Positions 1 to 11,956 of a stretch of DNA of 64,000 nucleotides are shown here, piece after piece. The DNA comes from Nitrospirales bacterium (lineage in GTDB: Bacteria > Nitrospirota > Nitrospiria > Nitrospirales > UBA8639), in contig CBDBCZ010000018.1 of NCBI GenBank assembly GCA_965203295.1, forward strand, positions 2,688,001 through 2,752,000. Reading direction: 5' to 3'. A program made the position numbers and the translations under genes. The stretch's first letter is position 1, and each line of letters opens with the position of its first letter. The notes under the pieces were generated by a model, which did not search any database, was not told the DNA's origin, and worked only from the letters and a program-made list of their open reading frames with translations.

Positions 1-941
1 TATAGTACACTCCGGTGCAGAAGCTGGAATAAACGTTTTCATATGTAAAGATTTGTCGACTGTTTAGACTCTACTATTTACAGGAGACCTTTTACTGTTT
101 TCTGTACAGGAATTTTAGGCCTTTAAACTCTTAACAGCAAACTGGGCTTTTCCTGTGCACTTATAGATACTGTAATCCTTCACTTTTATGTAGGACTTCA
201 TGTTTTTTGAGAGACCTGTCAACCAAGGTGGTCACCATCACCATCACCATCACTGATACTAAGTTATGGTCCTTGTTTATTATGATGGTAGACAATAGAG
301 AACATAGTGTGTACATTTTTGACAACCATTAATTATAATAAATGTAGTGTTGTATGTACTACTGGAAGTTTGTTCTTCAAAATGAATTGTACCTGTATGT
401 GTGTTATAGCTAAAGAATTAGTAAGCAGGAAACAACAGTTTTTGTTGCACAAGGAATATTATACTGTACTTTGTTGTGACCTTGCAACTATCTGCTAAAG
501 TGTCGACTTACAAAAGATTTTGGTTGATAAATCAGCTATTTGAAACAACCAGTAAGGGACTATATTCCAAGAAAAAGCTTTCAAGGGAACTTGACTATTC
601 CAGCCCAAGAGAAGATAGTTTTGCTGCTGTACAAATATAAAAATCAATAAAAATGAAAGGGATGGAATCGCAAAAAAGTAACTAAACAAGGTAGGAATAA
701 CACGGCCGAACTTTCAAGGATTACCATCCCTACATCTTGCCAACCACACACACACCACGATCCCCACCATGCATGGCACACCATGTAGCTTCCTGTGTAT
801 GTCTTAATTAATTCTGCTCTTACGTGATGTAATGTTAATTGCAATTGTGTTAGAATAATTATGACCATGCAGTTGTATAGGATTGCATGTGTGAGAAGTG
901 TCATTATCTTAACTGTATAAGGAGGTGTTTGGTGATAGATA
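1..941. repeat. Left arm (part 1) of a long inverted duplication; runs off the window start
   Basis: Near-identical reverse complement of 11002-11956 (position 1 TATAGTACACTC pairs with 11956). The arm resumes at 7081-7267 after the pogo insertion. Confidence 0.95.
194..256 (+). CDS. PLSCR: Terminal exon of a second phospholipid scramblase paralog (upstream exons lie outside the window)
   Basis: Acceptor tgtag| then DFMFFERPVNQGGHHHHHHH*. DFMFFE is the scramblase C-terminal motif. Inverted paralog of exon 11763-11689. Confidence 0.85.
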   Translation, partial: DFMFFERPVNQGGHHHHHHH

Positions 942-1790
942 GAGTAAGTCATCAATTTCCGGTCACCATAAATAATCGGACGCAATTTCTTCGAATACAA
1001 AAGAATAAAACTGCTGTCTGTAGTAGTAAACAATAGATAGTTAGAGATGTAGTCGGTACCTAGAAGAACCAGTTGTCGAATCTGCTTCAGCCGGTGTAGC
1101 GTTATCATCTATAGTCGGACACGCGGCGCTTGTAACGAAGGGCAGTGATAAGCGGCTGCGTTCTAGTGTTGTCTTCAGACATCTGTCTGTCTACTATTCC
1201 ATGACTAGCAGTTGGAACCACAAGCCATTCCAGTTCGCGAACTGCAACAAGAACAATAGTACAGCGAGGTTATCACATCAATTATCGGACACAAACCGCG
1301 CATGCGCTTCCACCGGCCACGTGCTGTTTTGCCTCTCCTGTGCCACCTAAAGTGGTCAGCAGCCTCATCTGCTTCTTCCCTAATCCCCTGCTGATTAGCT
1401 GCTGTCAACATCGTAAGCCCTCTGGAGAGTCTTATGGTGAGGGAGTGTTAGTCTATGACGAAAAAGGGCAGTGTGAGGTAGATTGTGAAGTGGTGCTACT
1501 ACACATGTCCTGTAAATTTTGCTGATTTGGCCATTTTTGATCAAAAATTGCTCCTGTGATGTGTCTGATTGTCGAGGGTAAAGGTAGAATTTTTTACTCT
1601 AGTTTTCAATACCTTGTGCTCAGGGCCAGGGCTGTAGAAACCAGCACAGAGACGGACAGTTGATTAACTTGCTGAAGTAAAGTTTTAATGTGTGATGTGC
1701 ATGTTAGAAAATATTCATTTCATGCTATTACTCTCCGTCCACTTATTAAACATGATTGCAGTGTTATGTAATTTCTTGTAGTGATCCATT

Positions 1791-3491
1791 ATGCAGTGTC
1801 CTCCCTTACGTGAAAGGGTGTTCCGAGGTACAAGTAGCACTACTGCTGGTAGTGTAGTGCCTACCATTGAAGAGCGAGGCTCCTACAAGCAGTGGTCAGG
1901 AGGTCAGATGGATCAAGCCGTGAAAGCCGTCGTTTGTGATGGGAAAGGTGTCCGACGTGCAGATCAACACTTTTTGACCGGGTGAGTGGGCGCGTCCAAC
2001 CGGGTGCTGTGAGTGGACCGCCCAAGTATCTTACATCCACAGAAGAGGCGGAACTTGCAAAATTTCTTGCTGTGGAGCTGTTGGTCATGCCAGGTCGAAG
2101 TCGGTGATTTTGGCCCTTGTGCAGCGAGTATTGGATAGCTGAGGAAAAGGGTGAACAGTGACGCACGGGTGGTGGGATTCGTTTCAGAGGCGACACCCTG
2201 AGCTTGTTCTACGCAGTCCTGCTCCTCTTTCTCAAGTTCGAAGCAAAGCTACAGATCCCGAGATGTTGCAGCGCTACTTCGATCTCTTGGAGGAGACGGT
2301 GAAAGGCAACAAGCTGGAAGGTAGGCCTGGCCAAGTTTTCAACATGGATGAGTCTGGGATGCCTCTAGACCCCAAAGCCCCTAGGCTTGTCTTTCAGAAG
2401 GGAAGCAGTGTTTGTGCCTTAGGTTCTGGAGATAAATCTCAGATTACTGTGGTGGCTTGCGCTAGTGCTGCGGGGTTTTGCTTGCCACCAATGGTGATAT
2501 GGGACCGCAAGACCTTAGCTCCAGAACTTGCTGTTGGAGAGGTGCCCGGTACCATCCATGGGTTATCTAGCAAGGGGTGGATACGTAGATCATAAGCTCT
2601 TTGATGTGTGGTTTAACAACCACTTTCTGCGCTACATACCCTCAGCTAGGCCTGTTCTCCTTTTGTTAGATGGTCACTCGTCCCACTATTGCCCCGACAC
2701 TATTTGAGTAGCAGCCCAACACAAGGTAATTGTGTTTGCTCTGCCTCCAAATACCACCCATATCTCTCAACCGATGGACAAAGGTTGCTTTGGTCCTTTA
2801 AAAGAGGCCTGGAAGCATGTTTGCCATGAGTTTCTCACTGCCAACCCTGGCAAAATTATAACAAGATATGAGTTTTCACAGCTCTTTAGTGAAGCCTGGA
2901 TGGGTAGCATGACGATTCCTAATGTTATTGCAGGGTTTAGGGTTACTGGCATATACCCCCTTGATCGTGAAGCTGTGCTTGGTCCGATTTCGAATATCAC
3001 TGCTCTTTCAGAGGAAACGGGTCTGTTGTTCATCCCGATGATTAGTCCAGCTGTCAGGCGCTTTACTTCCCGAAGAGATGTCACTCCGGATTTAGAGGCT
3101 AGAAAGCAGGACTTCGATGATCGTGAACTTGCGTTGTTTGAGTATTGGTACGACAAAGGGCATGACATCACAGATAATGACCGGTACAGTACCTGGCTGG
3201 CCCAGTGTCATCCTACCTCTCCAGCAGCCTTCCATGTATGGATGCGGCCTCTCCAATCAACTGGAGTCAGTGAATTGCTTACCTATCCATCACCTCCCTT
3301 TCGAGCCCCCACTCTCAACCCCAAGTCCTGTGGCAGGGTTTTGACGAGTCGAGAGAACCTGCTCTTACTCGAAGAAAAGAAGTTGGCGAAAGAGGAAAAG
3401 CAAAGAGAAAAGGAAGCTAAAAAAAGAGCACAAGAGGAGAAGAAAAGAATGAGAGAAGCAGAAAGAATGAGGAAGGAGAACAGATCAAAGG
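1791..3491 (+). pseudogene. pogo/CENP-B-type DDE_1 transposase core, frameshifted
   Basis: psq-type HTH start (YKQWS..QMDQAVKAV), CENP-B HTH (HGWWDSFQRRHPEL), catalytic motifs FNMDESG, LLLDGHSSH and SQPMDKGCF. Split across several frames, with a TGA near 2706. Confidence 0.9.
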
Positions 3492-4133
3492 GTAAAGATT
3501 ATATAAATCATTTTAGTTTAGTACACACACCATGGTTAAGCCTAAATGCTGCAACACATAGGGTATCCTCCTCCTACTCCCCCCCCCCCCCCCCCACCCC
3601 CACCCCCACCCTGAGCTTCTACATTGGAGGTCTGATCAGATTTATTGTCGCAGGGGAAAGAGCTATAGAAATAGTAGTGATTATGGAAACACCATAGCTG
3701 GCATGGCTCCATTGAGCAAAGTTATGGTAATCCTTCAAGCAACAGCACAAATACTGGCTGGTATAGTTTGCATGACCCGGATGTAGCATCATGTCATTGA
3801 GCCCGAAGGGCAAGTGCTGTTTCTTATGAGTCATGTAGCGTTTGTTTCATTGCCATATGCGACAGTCCCATGAAATCAAATATTATTCCATCGCGTATTT
3901 TGATTGTGTCAATGCTTTCGAGGCACTGTATATATCTCCAAGCTGGCTTATACACAATGTGTAGCTGCAACAGATATTGACATAACTACACACTACATAT
4001 GAGCCGACCCTTACTGGAAGTTTGGAGATACAACGTTTCAAACAGGATTACTTGATCGAAATATGTAATGAAATTACTACACAGGACCGTCATGGAATAT
4101 TATGTTCCTGTTGATACACACCCACACACACAG

Positions 4134-5581
4134 CTTCTGTTCCCAGCTTGAAGAGTGGAAAGGTTAAGGCAAGTTCCAATTCTGGAGAGCAGGACTTCAG
4201 TGAGCAAGAGCAAATCTTGTTTGAACGGCGGTTCGAAGAAGGTGTTGATATTAAGAATGATGAGCGGTACAACACCTGGCTTGCCCAGTTTCACCCTGAC
4301 ATTGGTAAATTACATGGCCTAGATATTGTTGTATGTACATATACATGTAGTTGCAATCTGTATGATACGTTCCTCATCCACCGTAGCCAGCGAAAAGACT
4401 TCCATTAAGCCCAAGCAGAGGAGTACAGCAGGTAAGCACGAGGGTTGTGCCCATGTGTCTTTGTATCCATGGCATATTGCTGTGTGGTTACTCTCGTGCA
4501 GGAGTTTCGACCGCCGGAAGAGCTGCGAAGCGAGTGCGTCCAGTCCTAGATTCCTCTTTGGAGGAGGAGTCGGAGTCCATTGTCCAAGCCTCCAGTCGCA
4601 CAGGTGAGATGTCTTTGAGTGTGTAAGTGTGTGATGGTAAATTCACGTTAGGTCCTCTATTTGCCATTTCATGTGAGATTAGGTAGCCGGAAGATACTTG
4701 GTCCACAGTCCACAGCAAAAACCACAGCCGCTAGTAAGCATGGTAAGCAGAGGTACATGCAATAGTGATTTGAACTGGAATCTGTGGAAGCAATGATTGA
4801 ACTTGTGTGTCCTATGTAGGCGTGCCACTTACTCGAGGAAGGTCAGCAACTGGGGCGACTGGAACTAGTGAGTTCTCTAGTGGTGAGGAGCAGGCTGTTG
4901 CCCCGACAACCAGTTGCCCAGGTAAGATGTCTTTAAGAGTGTAAAATGTGACTGCCATCAGAAACCTGGCTATCTCTTGCTTTTCACGTAGACATTACCA
5001 AGAAGAAAGCTGGACTGAGATCGACATTACGTGCACTTGGAACAGGGAGGCCGAGGATGGACAACTCTGGAGTGGCAGGTATTGTAAACCTGATGAGGAG
5101 CAATACGGTGGGGTAATAATGGTAAATCCCATCCACTGTAGCCAGTGAAAAGACTTCCATTAAGCCCAAGCAGAGGAGTGCAGCAGGTAAGCGCGAGGTT
5201 TGTGCCCATGTGTCTTTGTATTCATGGCATATTGCTGTATGGTTACTCTTGTGTAGGAGTTTCGACAGCCGGAAGAGCTGCGAAGCGAGTGCGTCCAGTC
5301 CTAGATTCCTCCTTGGAGGAGGAGTCGGAGTCCGTTGTCCAAGCCTCCAGTCACACAGGTGAGATGTCTTTGAGTGTCCAGGTAAATTCAGATTAAATGT
5401 TTAAGGTCACCATAGTGATGTAGTACACATGCACAAATGTTACATAGTGACGTGTTAATAGTCTTCCATACAAGACAGTAAAGTACCAAACTTCGCCTTT
5501 GTGTAGGTATGCCTGTTGCTCAAGAACGGTCAGTGACTGGAGCAGGTGCAACTCCGCTATTGGACCTATCCGGTGATGATG
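4134..5581 (+). CDS. Nine internal phase-1 exons forming the low-complexity linker of the pogo transposase
   Basis: AG/GT-bounded exons 4134-4304, 4387-4431, 4502-4603, 4683-4742, 4820-4921, 4992-5078, 5142-5186, 5257-5358 and 5507-5581. All lengths are multiples of 3 and open in phase 1. Confidence 0.75.
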
Positions 5582-6113
5582 GTAAGTAGTTGGTTGACAT
5601 TAATGAACAGAAGTGACCCTTGTGTAATGCTCTAATTACTGTGCAAATAAAATAGTAAACATTAATGTACGGCAAAAAAGTGAATTAATTAATTAATTAA
5701 CCTACCCAAGACTGTATTATTGCCCAGGTCCACTAGCTAGCCTCGTAGTGCTCTGCCTACTGGTACTTAAGGCTTTCACTAAACTGAAACGGCCATAGGT
5801 GTTGTAGGCATTTTTAGATGCACACTGTGTGACAAAATATTCATGGCAACTAGAACTTAGTATTACTACTTTATTAACTTTGTGTTTAGTTATAAATATC
5901 TGTTACTCATGCATAGTTCTGCAGTATTCTACATAGCCTCGTACCCAGGCGCATTGAAGGCGGGAAAAATGTGCTGGATATCCACTGTTCACACATGCAC
6001 ATAATTAGTGCACTAAGTCCACATGGATTTTGGTGGTCGTGTTGTTGCTGCAGGCTCTCCCCATACTTGTGTGTTTATGTGAACTACATGTATTTTTACC
6101 TCCATTTTTTCAG

Positions 6114-6259
6114 TTGCTTGTGCAGAGTGTGGCACACACAGTGATGGACAGTGGGTGGAATGCACTTCCTGTATGGAGTGGCTACACTTTCAGTGTGCTG
6201 GCATTGTGCAGGAGCCAGCTGGTGACTGGTTTTGCTCAAGTTGTATTGGTTCTGTTTAA
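6114..6259 (+). CDS. Terminal exon encoding a PHD finger (pogo transposase C-terminus)
   Basis: ttttcag| then CAECGTHSDGQWVECTSCMEWLHFQCAGIVQEPAGDWFCSSCIGSV*, the Cys4-His-Cys3 PHD pattern. Not in the ORF track. Confidence 0.85.
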
Positions 6260-6297
6260 CAAGTGTTCTCAAACTTACAGTAATACAAATTCTAGTA

Positions 6298-6332
<35 letters not shown>

Positions 6333-7080
6333 GGGAGGGTTGTGTAGACGCTACATATATACTCTTACCTCCAGCTCTGAGATCAGCCTTCCAAAACCAG
6401 TCCTGCCTGATATTTGCAATGGTACCCAGATTACCTCAACTATGCAAAGCTATCCCTTGCAGATATCATGCGATAGTACATGGTATCTATACGTTCGATC
6501 ATCTGAGTCCCATGGCACCTGGAGGTCTTTGAGCCGGACTTCTGAGTAGCAATAATAGGTCTTTTATACTACCTTTGGTGCTAGTGCTCATCTCAGGGCT
6601 CATGAACCCGTCTCTCCAATTAGGTAGGTGTTCCATCTACTTATTGTATAAATTTGCCGTCTGGCAAAGTGCAAAAGGTTATGCGCATGCTCGTCCGATA
6701 ATTAATGCGATAACCTCGCGGTATTAATGTTCTTGTTGCCGCAAACTGGAATGGCTTGTGGTTCCAACTGCTAGTCGCGGAATGGTAGACAGACAGATGT
6801 CTGAAGACAACACTAGAACGCAGCCGCTTATCACTTCCCTTCGTTACAAGCGCCGCGTGTCCGACTATAGATGATAACGCCCGAGCATTGAAAAATTCGG
6901 ACATAGGCTTTGAAGTGGCATTACACCGGCTGAAGCAGATTCGACAACTGGTTCTTCTAGGCACCGACTACATCTCTAACTATCTATTGTTTACTACTAC
7001 ACACAGCAGTTTTATTCTTTTGTATTCGAAGAAATCGCGCCCGATTATTTATGGTGACCGGAAATTGATGACTTACTCTA

Positions 7081-7267
7081 GTAGGTATCTGTGAGGCAGG
7101 GAGTGCTGTGTTGATATATAGTGCATGCAACAGTGTATGGTATGGTTGTAAGTGTAGCTACCTGTATAGTGTCAGTTATGAAGTGGTTACATCCTATCAT
7201 GGAGTACGGTAGTACTCCATATGTAGGGTGGCACGGGAAAAAAGTAGCGTCCCCATATAACGCGTAC
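7081..7267. repeat. Left arm (part 2) of the inverted duplication
   Basis: Reverse complement of 10812-11000; contains the ATGGAGTAC..GTACTCCAT hairpin repeat. Confidence 0.9.
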
Positions 7268-7485
7268 AAAATCATGCGACGACTCAATCCAATGTATACA
7301 AAAGGTGCAAAAACAAGTCATGTAGGGATGCACTTCCACCAAAAACACTTCCCCAAAAACCAATGACACAAGCGACAATGCACACCGCAATGCATGCACA
7401 GACTGCCCACACATCACAGCACAATGCATTTATTGTAGCTACCATCCCTACATCTTTCCAACCACACCCACCACAATCGTGTATA

Positions 7486-9660
7486 TATGTTCCGCGCGAA
7501 CCAGGAATTTGCGCAATTCTAGGATTGCGCTGCGCAAAATAGGAATCCGTACTTTCGTAAGGTCGTACTTATTACGTACAATACCAGACATCCAAGACCT
7601 TCTTCTTCCACTGGAGGACGCCATTCATCATCACTTCATTCCAGCTCTGACTGGTCGTCCACCTTGCTCATCCCTGGAGAGGGACTTGCTTTCCCTCCCT
7701 GTTAGACTTGGAGGGTTGGGCCTACGCAATCCTGCAGCTGAATCTCCAAGCATTTTTCAGGCCTCACAACACCTCACAGCCCCCTTGGTAGCCCTGATAG
7801 TTGCCCAAGAAGCAAAACAAATCGTTGACCCCGATGTCACCGCCACCATCAAGAAGAACATCAAGACGTCCAATCGCCTGAGGCAGGTTGAGCTGGCCAG
7901 GAGCATCTATGACCAACTCCACCCTCAGCTCAAGCGATGTGTCGACCTTGCTCAAGAAAAAGGCTCATCTTCATGGCTCTCTGCTCTCCCACTTGAGGAA
8001 TACGGACTCCACCTGCACAAAGGGGAATTCCGAGATGCATTATGCCTGAGATATGGCTGGAATCTGAGCTGCACACCTCAGACTTGCAGCTGTGGAGCCC
8101 GATTTTCCATCGATCATGCTATGGTCTGTCACATGGGTGGATTTCCAACAATACGCCACAATGAGCTGCGCGACATCACTGCCACCCTACTTACAGAAGT
8201 CTGTCACAATGTGACCACCGAGCCAACTCTCCAACCACTCAGCGGGGAAAACTTCGATGCACGTTCTATACGAACACAAGTGATGGTGCCCGAGTTGACA
8301 TTCGTGCGAGGGGATTTTGGAACGCATCACAGGATGCATTCTTTGATGTACGGGTTTTTTACCCCAACGCGTCCAGTAATCGTTCCACATTGACCTCTTC
8401 AGCCTACAGGAGACACGAGCAAGCAAAGAAGCGCGAGTACGGGCAACGCATCAGAGAAGTAGAGCATGGCGTGTTCACTCCCCTGGTGTTCTCATCCACA
8501 GGAGGCATGGGTCAGGAGGCAACCATCTTCTACAAGCGATTGGCAAGTATGATCTCGCAGAAACGACAACACCCATATCCAACCGTGATGGGGTGGCTGC
8601 GCTGCAGGTTGTCATTTGCAGCATTACGATCTGCCATTATGTGCATTCGCGGTAGCAGGTCATCCTTCCATCGCCCCATCCGTGGGGGAGACGTGGACAT
8701 CACCCTCGCAACATCCGAGGGGCGAATCCCCACTTGAACCTTCACTTTGTGCATAATTGTTTATTTTCTATTGTCTGACTTTTATATCGGTGTTTAGTTG
8801 TTATTGGTACTGCGTTTGTATTTTATATGCTGTAGAGCAGCAAATAAAAAAGTGTATTGTATTGTATTGTATGTTGTATTGTATTGTATTGTATTGTATT
8901 TCCTGACCCATTAAAAAAAATCCGTACTTTGGCGCGCAATCCCGGGATTGTGCAATTTTCCGCGCGAAGTTGGAATACGTTGCGCAAACCTTGCTTCGCG
9001 CAAATTCGTTCGCGCAAAGTTAGAATCAGTTTAATATAAAGTGTATGCAGAGTCAAAGTAGAACAGCAAAGGGATAAACAAAAGGATAAAAAGTCTCAAG
9101 TGCTATAAAAACAAAAACTACTGACAATGGTTACAAAACCAATCGCCAACATGACATGTATTAAAATCTACACATCTGTAGTGAAACCAGTTGTCACAAC
9201 CATCACCGGCAACTACATTGTCAAATAATTCTGGCAATCTATATACAATCACAGTATAGTGGGATAAATGAAACTGATGGCTTGCAAGCCCTAGAAGTTT
9301 TTTGTGAAGTAGTAGGGAACTTGCTAAGGCAGTTGTTCTCGAAACAGGTCAAGGTGGCTGCGTAGTATATGAACACACAAAGTAATTGGACATACCATCA
9401 GATGTAACTGGTGTAAACCCTCCATTCTGACTCAGAATGGAGGGCTTACACTCTCAATGAACGACACTCTGCAAAACTCTTCGAACTTCTGCCTTTGGCT
9501 GGCCATTTCTGACACTGCATTACTGTTCGAGCGTGGCATTTTTATAGCTAGCTTAGACATGTCAATGGTCATAGGTTTGCGCAACATCGCGCGTGCGCAA
9601 AAGTTGAATGGGCTGCGCAATCCCGGGATTGCGCAAATTCCTGGTTCGCGCAGAACATAT
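7486..9660. mobile_element. Non-autonomous TIR element (MITE) hosting a retrotransposon insertion
   Basis: TIRs TATGTTCYGCGCGAACCAGGAATTTGCGCAAT at both ends, in (TA)n context; internal GCGCAA subterminal motifs. Confidence 0.85.
7556..8918 (+). mobile_element. 5'-truncated CRE-like non-LTR retrotransposon (RT thumb, CCHC knuckle, RLE nuclease)
   Basis: LPVRLGGLGL, SSWLSALP, CSC..DHAMVC, IRHNELRD, D..ARGFW..FFDVRV, HEQAKKREY and FTPLVFSSTGG, with a frameshift near 8270. (TATTG)n 3' UTR, short poly-A, and 12-bp TSD AATCCGTACTTT (7544-7555, 8919-8930). Confidence 0.9.
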
Positions 9661-10474
9661 ATATATGAGATGCGAACAGTGGTAGTGTAATTTGGTGTGT
9701 GTGTATTGCTAATGACTGAGTATGTTGGTGGTTGTGGAAGGTAGCTGAAAATGTGCATGGTATACATGTTTGACTAGTGAGTCATTTAGAATGGAGTCAT
9801 ATATAAAAAAATTAAGTTTGTATAAGGACCTTGGTAGTGTTTGGTTGTGCCTGGTTGAGTGTTATGAAGTTTTTTGAGTGTGCTGTTAGTGTTTGTGTGT
9901 GCAGATTCTTTGTAGGGGAGGTCTACGCGGGTGTGTTTGGTAAAGTGTAGATTTAGTGTTGTCAACTTTGTTGAGCGTGTTGTATGGCGGTTGATGTTGG
10001 TTGTGTTTGTCGTGTGTGTTGGTGGCAGTGTGGTGTTATGAGGAACTGTTCTGCTTGGTTTGTGCTTGATTTGTGGAGCAAAGTGCATTTTGATGGGAGT
10101 ATAGTGTTCCTGTGAAGGTTTGGGTTGGTTGTAGTGTGGAGTATTGTGTTTTGTGAAGTAATGATTGTAAGGGTGGTTGTTGGATGGAGACGAGGTGACG
10201 TGGTTGACAGTGTGATTGTGGATGGTTGTGTGTGTTGAAGGCAGTATTGGGTGTGCAGTTGACTATGGGGGCGTGGTACTGATTGTGGTGGGTGTGCTTG
10301 GAAAGAATCAGCCATGTGAGTAAGCGTATATTCTAGCTAAAACTTCGAGTGACTTACAAAGTAGGAAATGCAGCTCAGGCCTGGACAGCTGGCACGGTCA
10401 ATGGTAGGCGTTAATAATAGACAAACACGCGAAGTCTGCAGTTTCTAAAACCCGGAATGGAACAGTAATCATTA

Positions 10475-10882
10475 AATGGCGTGGAACAGCAAGCGTCCCT
10501 TCGAGAGCACTCGTGAATCACTGCTGAACCGGTTCGAGTTCTTTGAAAACGTTATACTGCGAGTGCAATATCCTAGCTTGTTCGCGCTTGAATCATTGCA
10601 GTCGCTTCGGCCATTATCGTGCTAGCCTGGCTGAAGTAAGAAGAAACAAAGAAGTAGTCAATGAGGCCCCTCCCCCCCCCCCCCCCCCCAGTGTAACGAC
10701 TTACTGGTCTGCTAATCCAGCAAAGTTTTCTAGCACCACTAAGTCTTAATGCTGATGAAAACACTCGTAAAAGCCTATGACTATAATCAGAGCCGAGTTG
10801 TGACATGAGTCGTACGCGTTATTTGGGGACGCTACTTTTTTCCCGTGCCACCCTACATATGGAGTACTACCATACTCCATGA
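10475..10882. repeat. Dispersed repeat, homologous to 20748-21178, ending in the CATCCCTACATATGGAGTACTACCGTACTCCATGATA hairpin
   Basis: Colinear similarity from AAATGGCGTGGAAC to the hairpin. The hairpin end also occurs near 37335-37375 and, reversed, at 7197-7230. Confidence 0.75.
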
Positions 10883-11956
10883 TAGGATGTAACCACTTCA
10901 TAACTGACACTATACAGGTAGCTATACACTTACAACCATACAATACACTGTTGCATGCACTATATATCAACACAGCACTCCCTGCCTCACAGATACCTAC
11001 AATCTATCACCAAACACCTCCTTATACAGTTAAGAGAATGACACTTCTCACACATGCAATCCTATACAACTGCATGGTCATAATTATTCTAACACACTCG
11101 CAATTAACATTACATCACGTAAGAGCAGAATTAATTAAGACATGCACAGGAAGCTACATGGTGTGCCATGCATGGTGGGGATCGTGGTGTGTGTGTGGTT
11201 GGCAAGATGTAGGGATGGTAATCCTTGAAAGTTCGGCCGTGTTATTCCTACCTTGTTTAGTTACTTTTTTGCGATTCCATCCCTTTCATTTTTATTGATT
11301 TTTATATTTGTACAGCAGCAAAACAATCTTCTCTTGGGCTGGAATAGTCAAATTCCCTTGAAAACTATTTCTTGGAATATGGTCCCTTACTGGTTGTTTC
11401 AAATAGCTGATTCATCAACCAAAATCTTTTGTAAGTCGACACTTTAGCGGATATATATACACGTTGCAAGGCCACAACAAAGTACAGTATAATATTCCTT
11501 GTGCAACAAAAACTGTTGTTTCCTGCTTACTAATTCTTTAGCTATAACACACATACAGGTACAATTCATTTTGAAGAACAAACTTCCAGTAGTACATATA
11601 ACACTACATTTATTATAATTAATGGTTGTCAAAAATGTACACACTATGTTCTCTATTGTCTACCATCATAATAAACAAGGACCATAACTTAGAATCGGTG
11701 ATGGTGATCGTGATGGTGACCACCGGCACCTTGGTTGGCAGGTGTCTCAAAGAACATGAAGTCCTACATAAAAGTGAAGGATTACAGTATCTATAAGTGC
11801 ACAGGAAAAGCCCAATTTGCTGTTAAGAGTAAAAAGGCCTGAAATTCCTGTACAGAAAACAGCAAAAGGTCTGCTGTAAATAGTACAGTCTAAACAGTCG
11901 ACAAATCTTTACATATAAAAACGTTTATTCCAGCTTCTGCACCAGAGTGTACTATA
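10812..11956. repeat. Right arm of the inverted duplication (uninterrupted; probably extends further right)
   Basis: Reverse complement of 7081-7267 joined to 1-941. Confidence 0.95.

Noticed and set aside
307..1108. ORFs duplicated at 10879-11644 and 6888-7094 as conserved genes
   Set aside because: Identity comes from the inverted duplication and pogo TIRs; the region is 3' flank or TIR with no protein motifs.
9680..10320. Thr/His/Gln-rich minus-strand ORFs as a mucin-like or Penelope protein
   Set aside because: Low-complexity GT-rich sequence broken across frames, with no RT or GIY-YIG motif visible.
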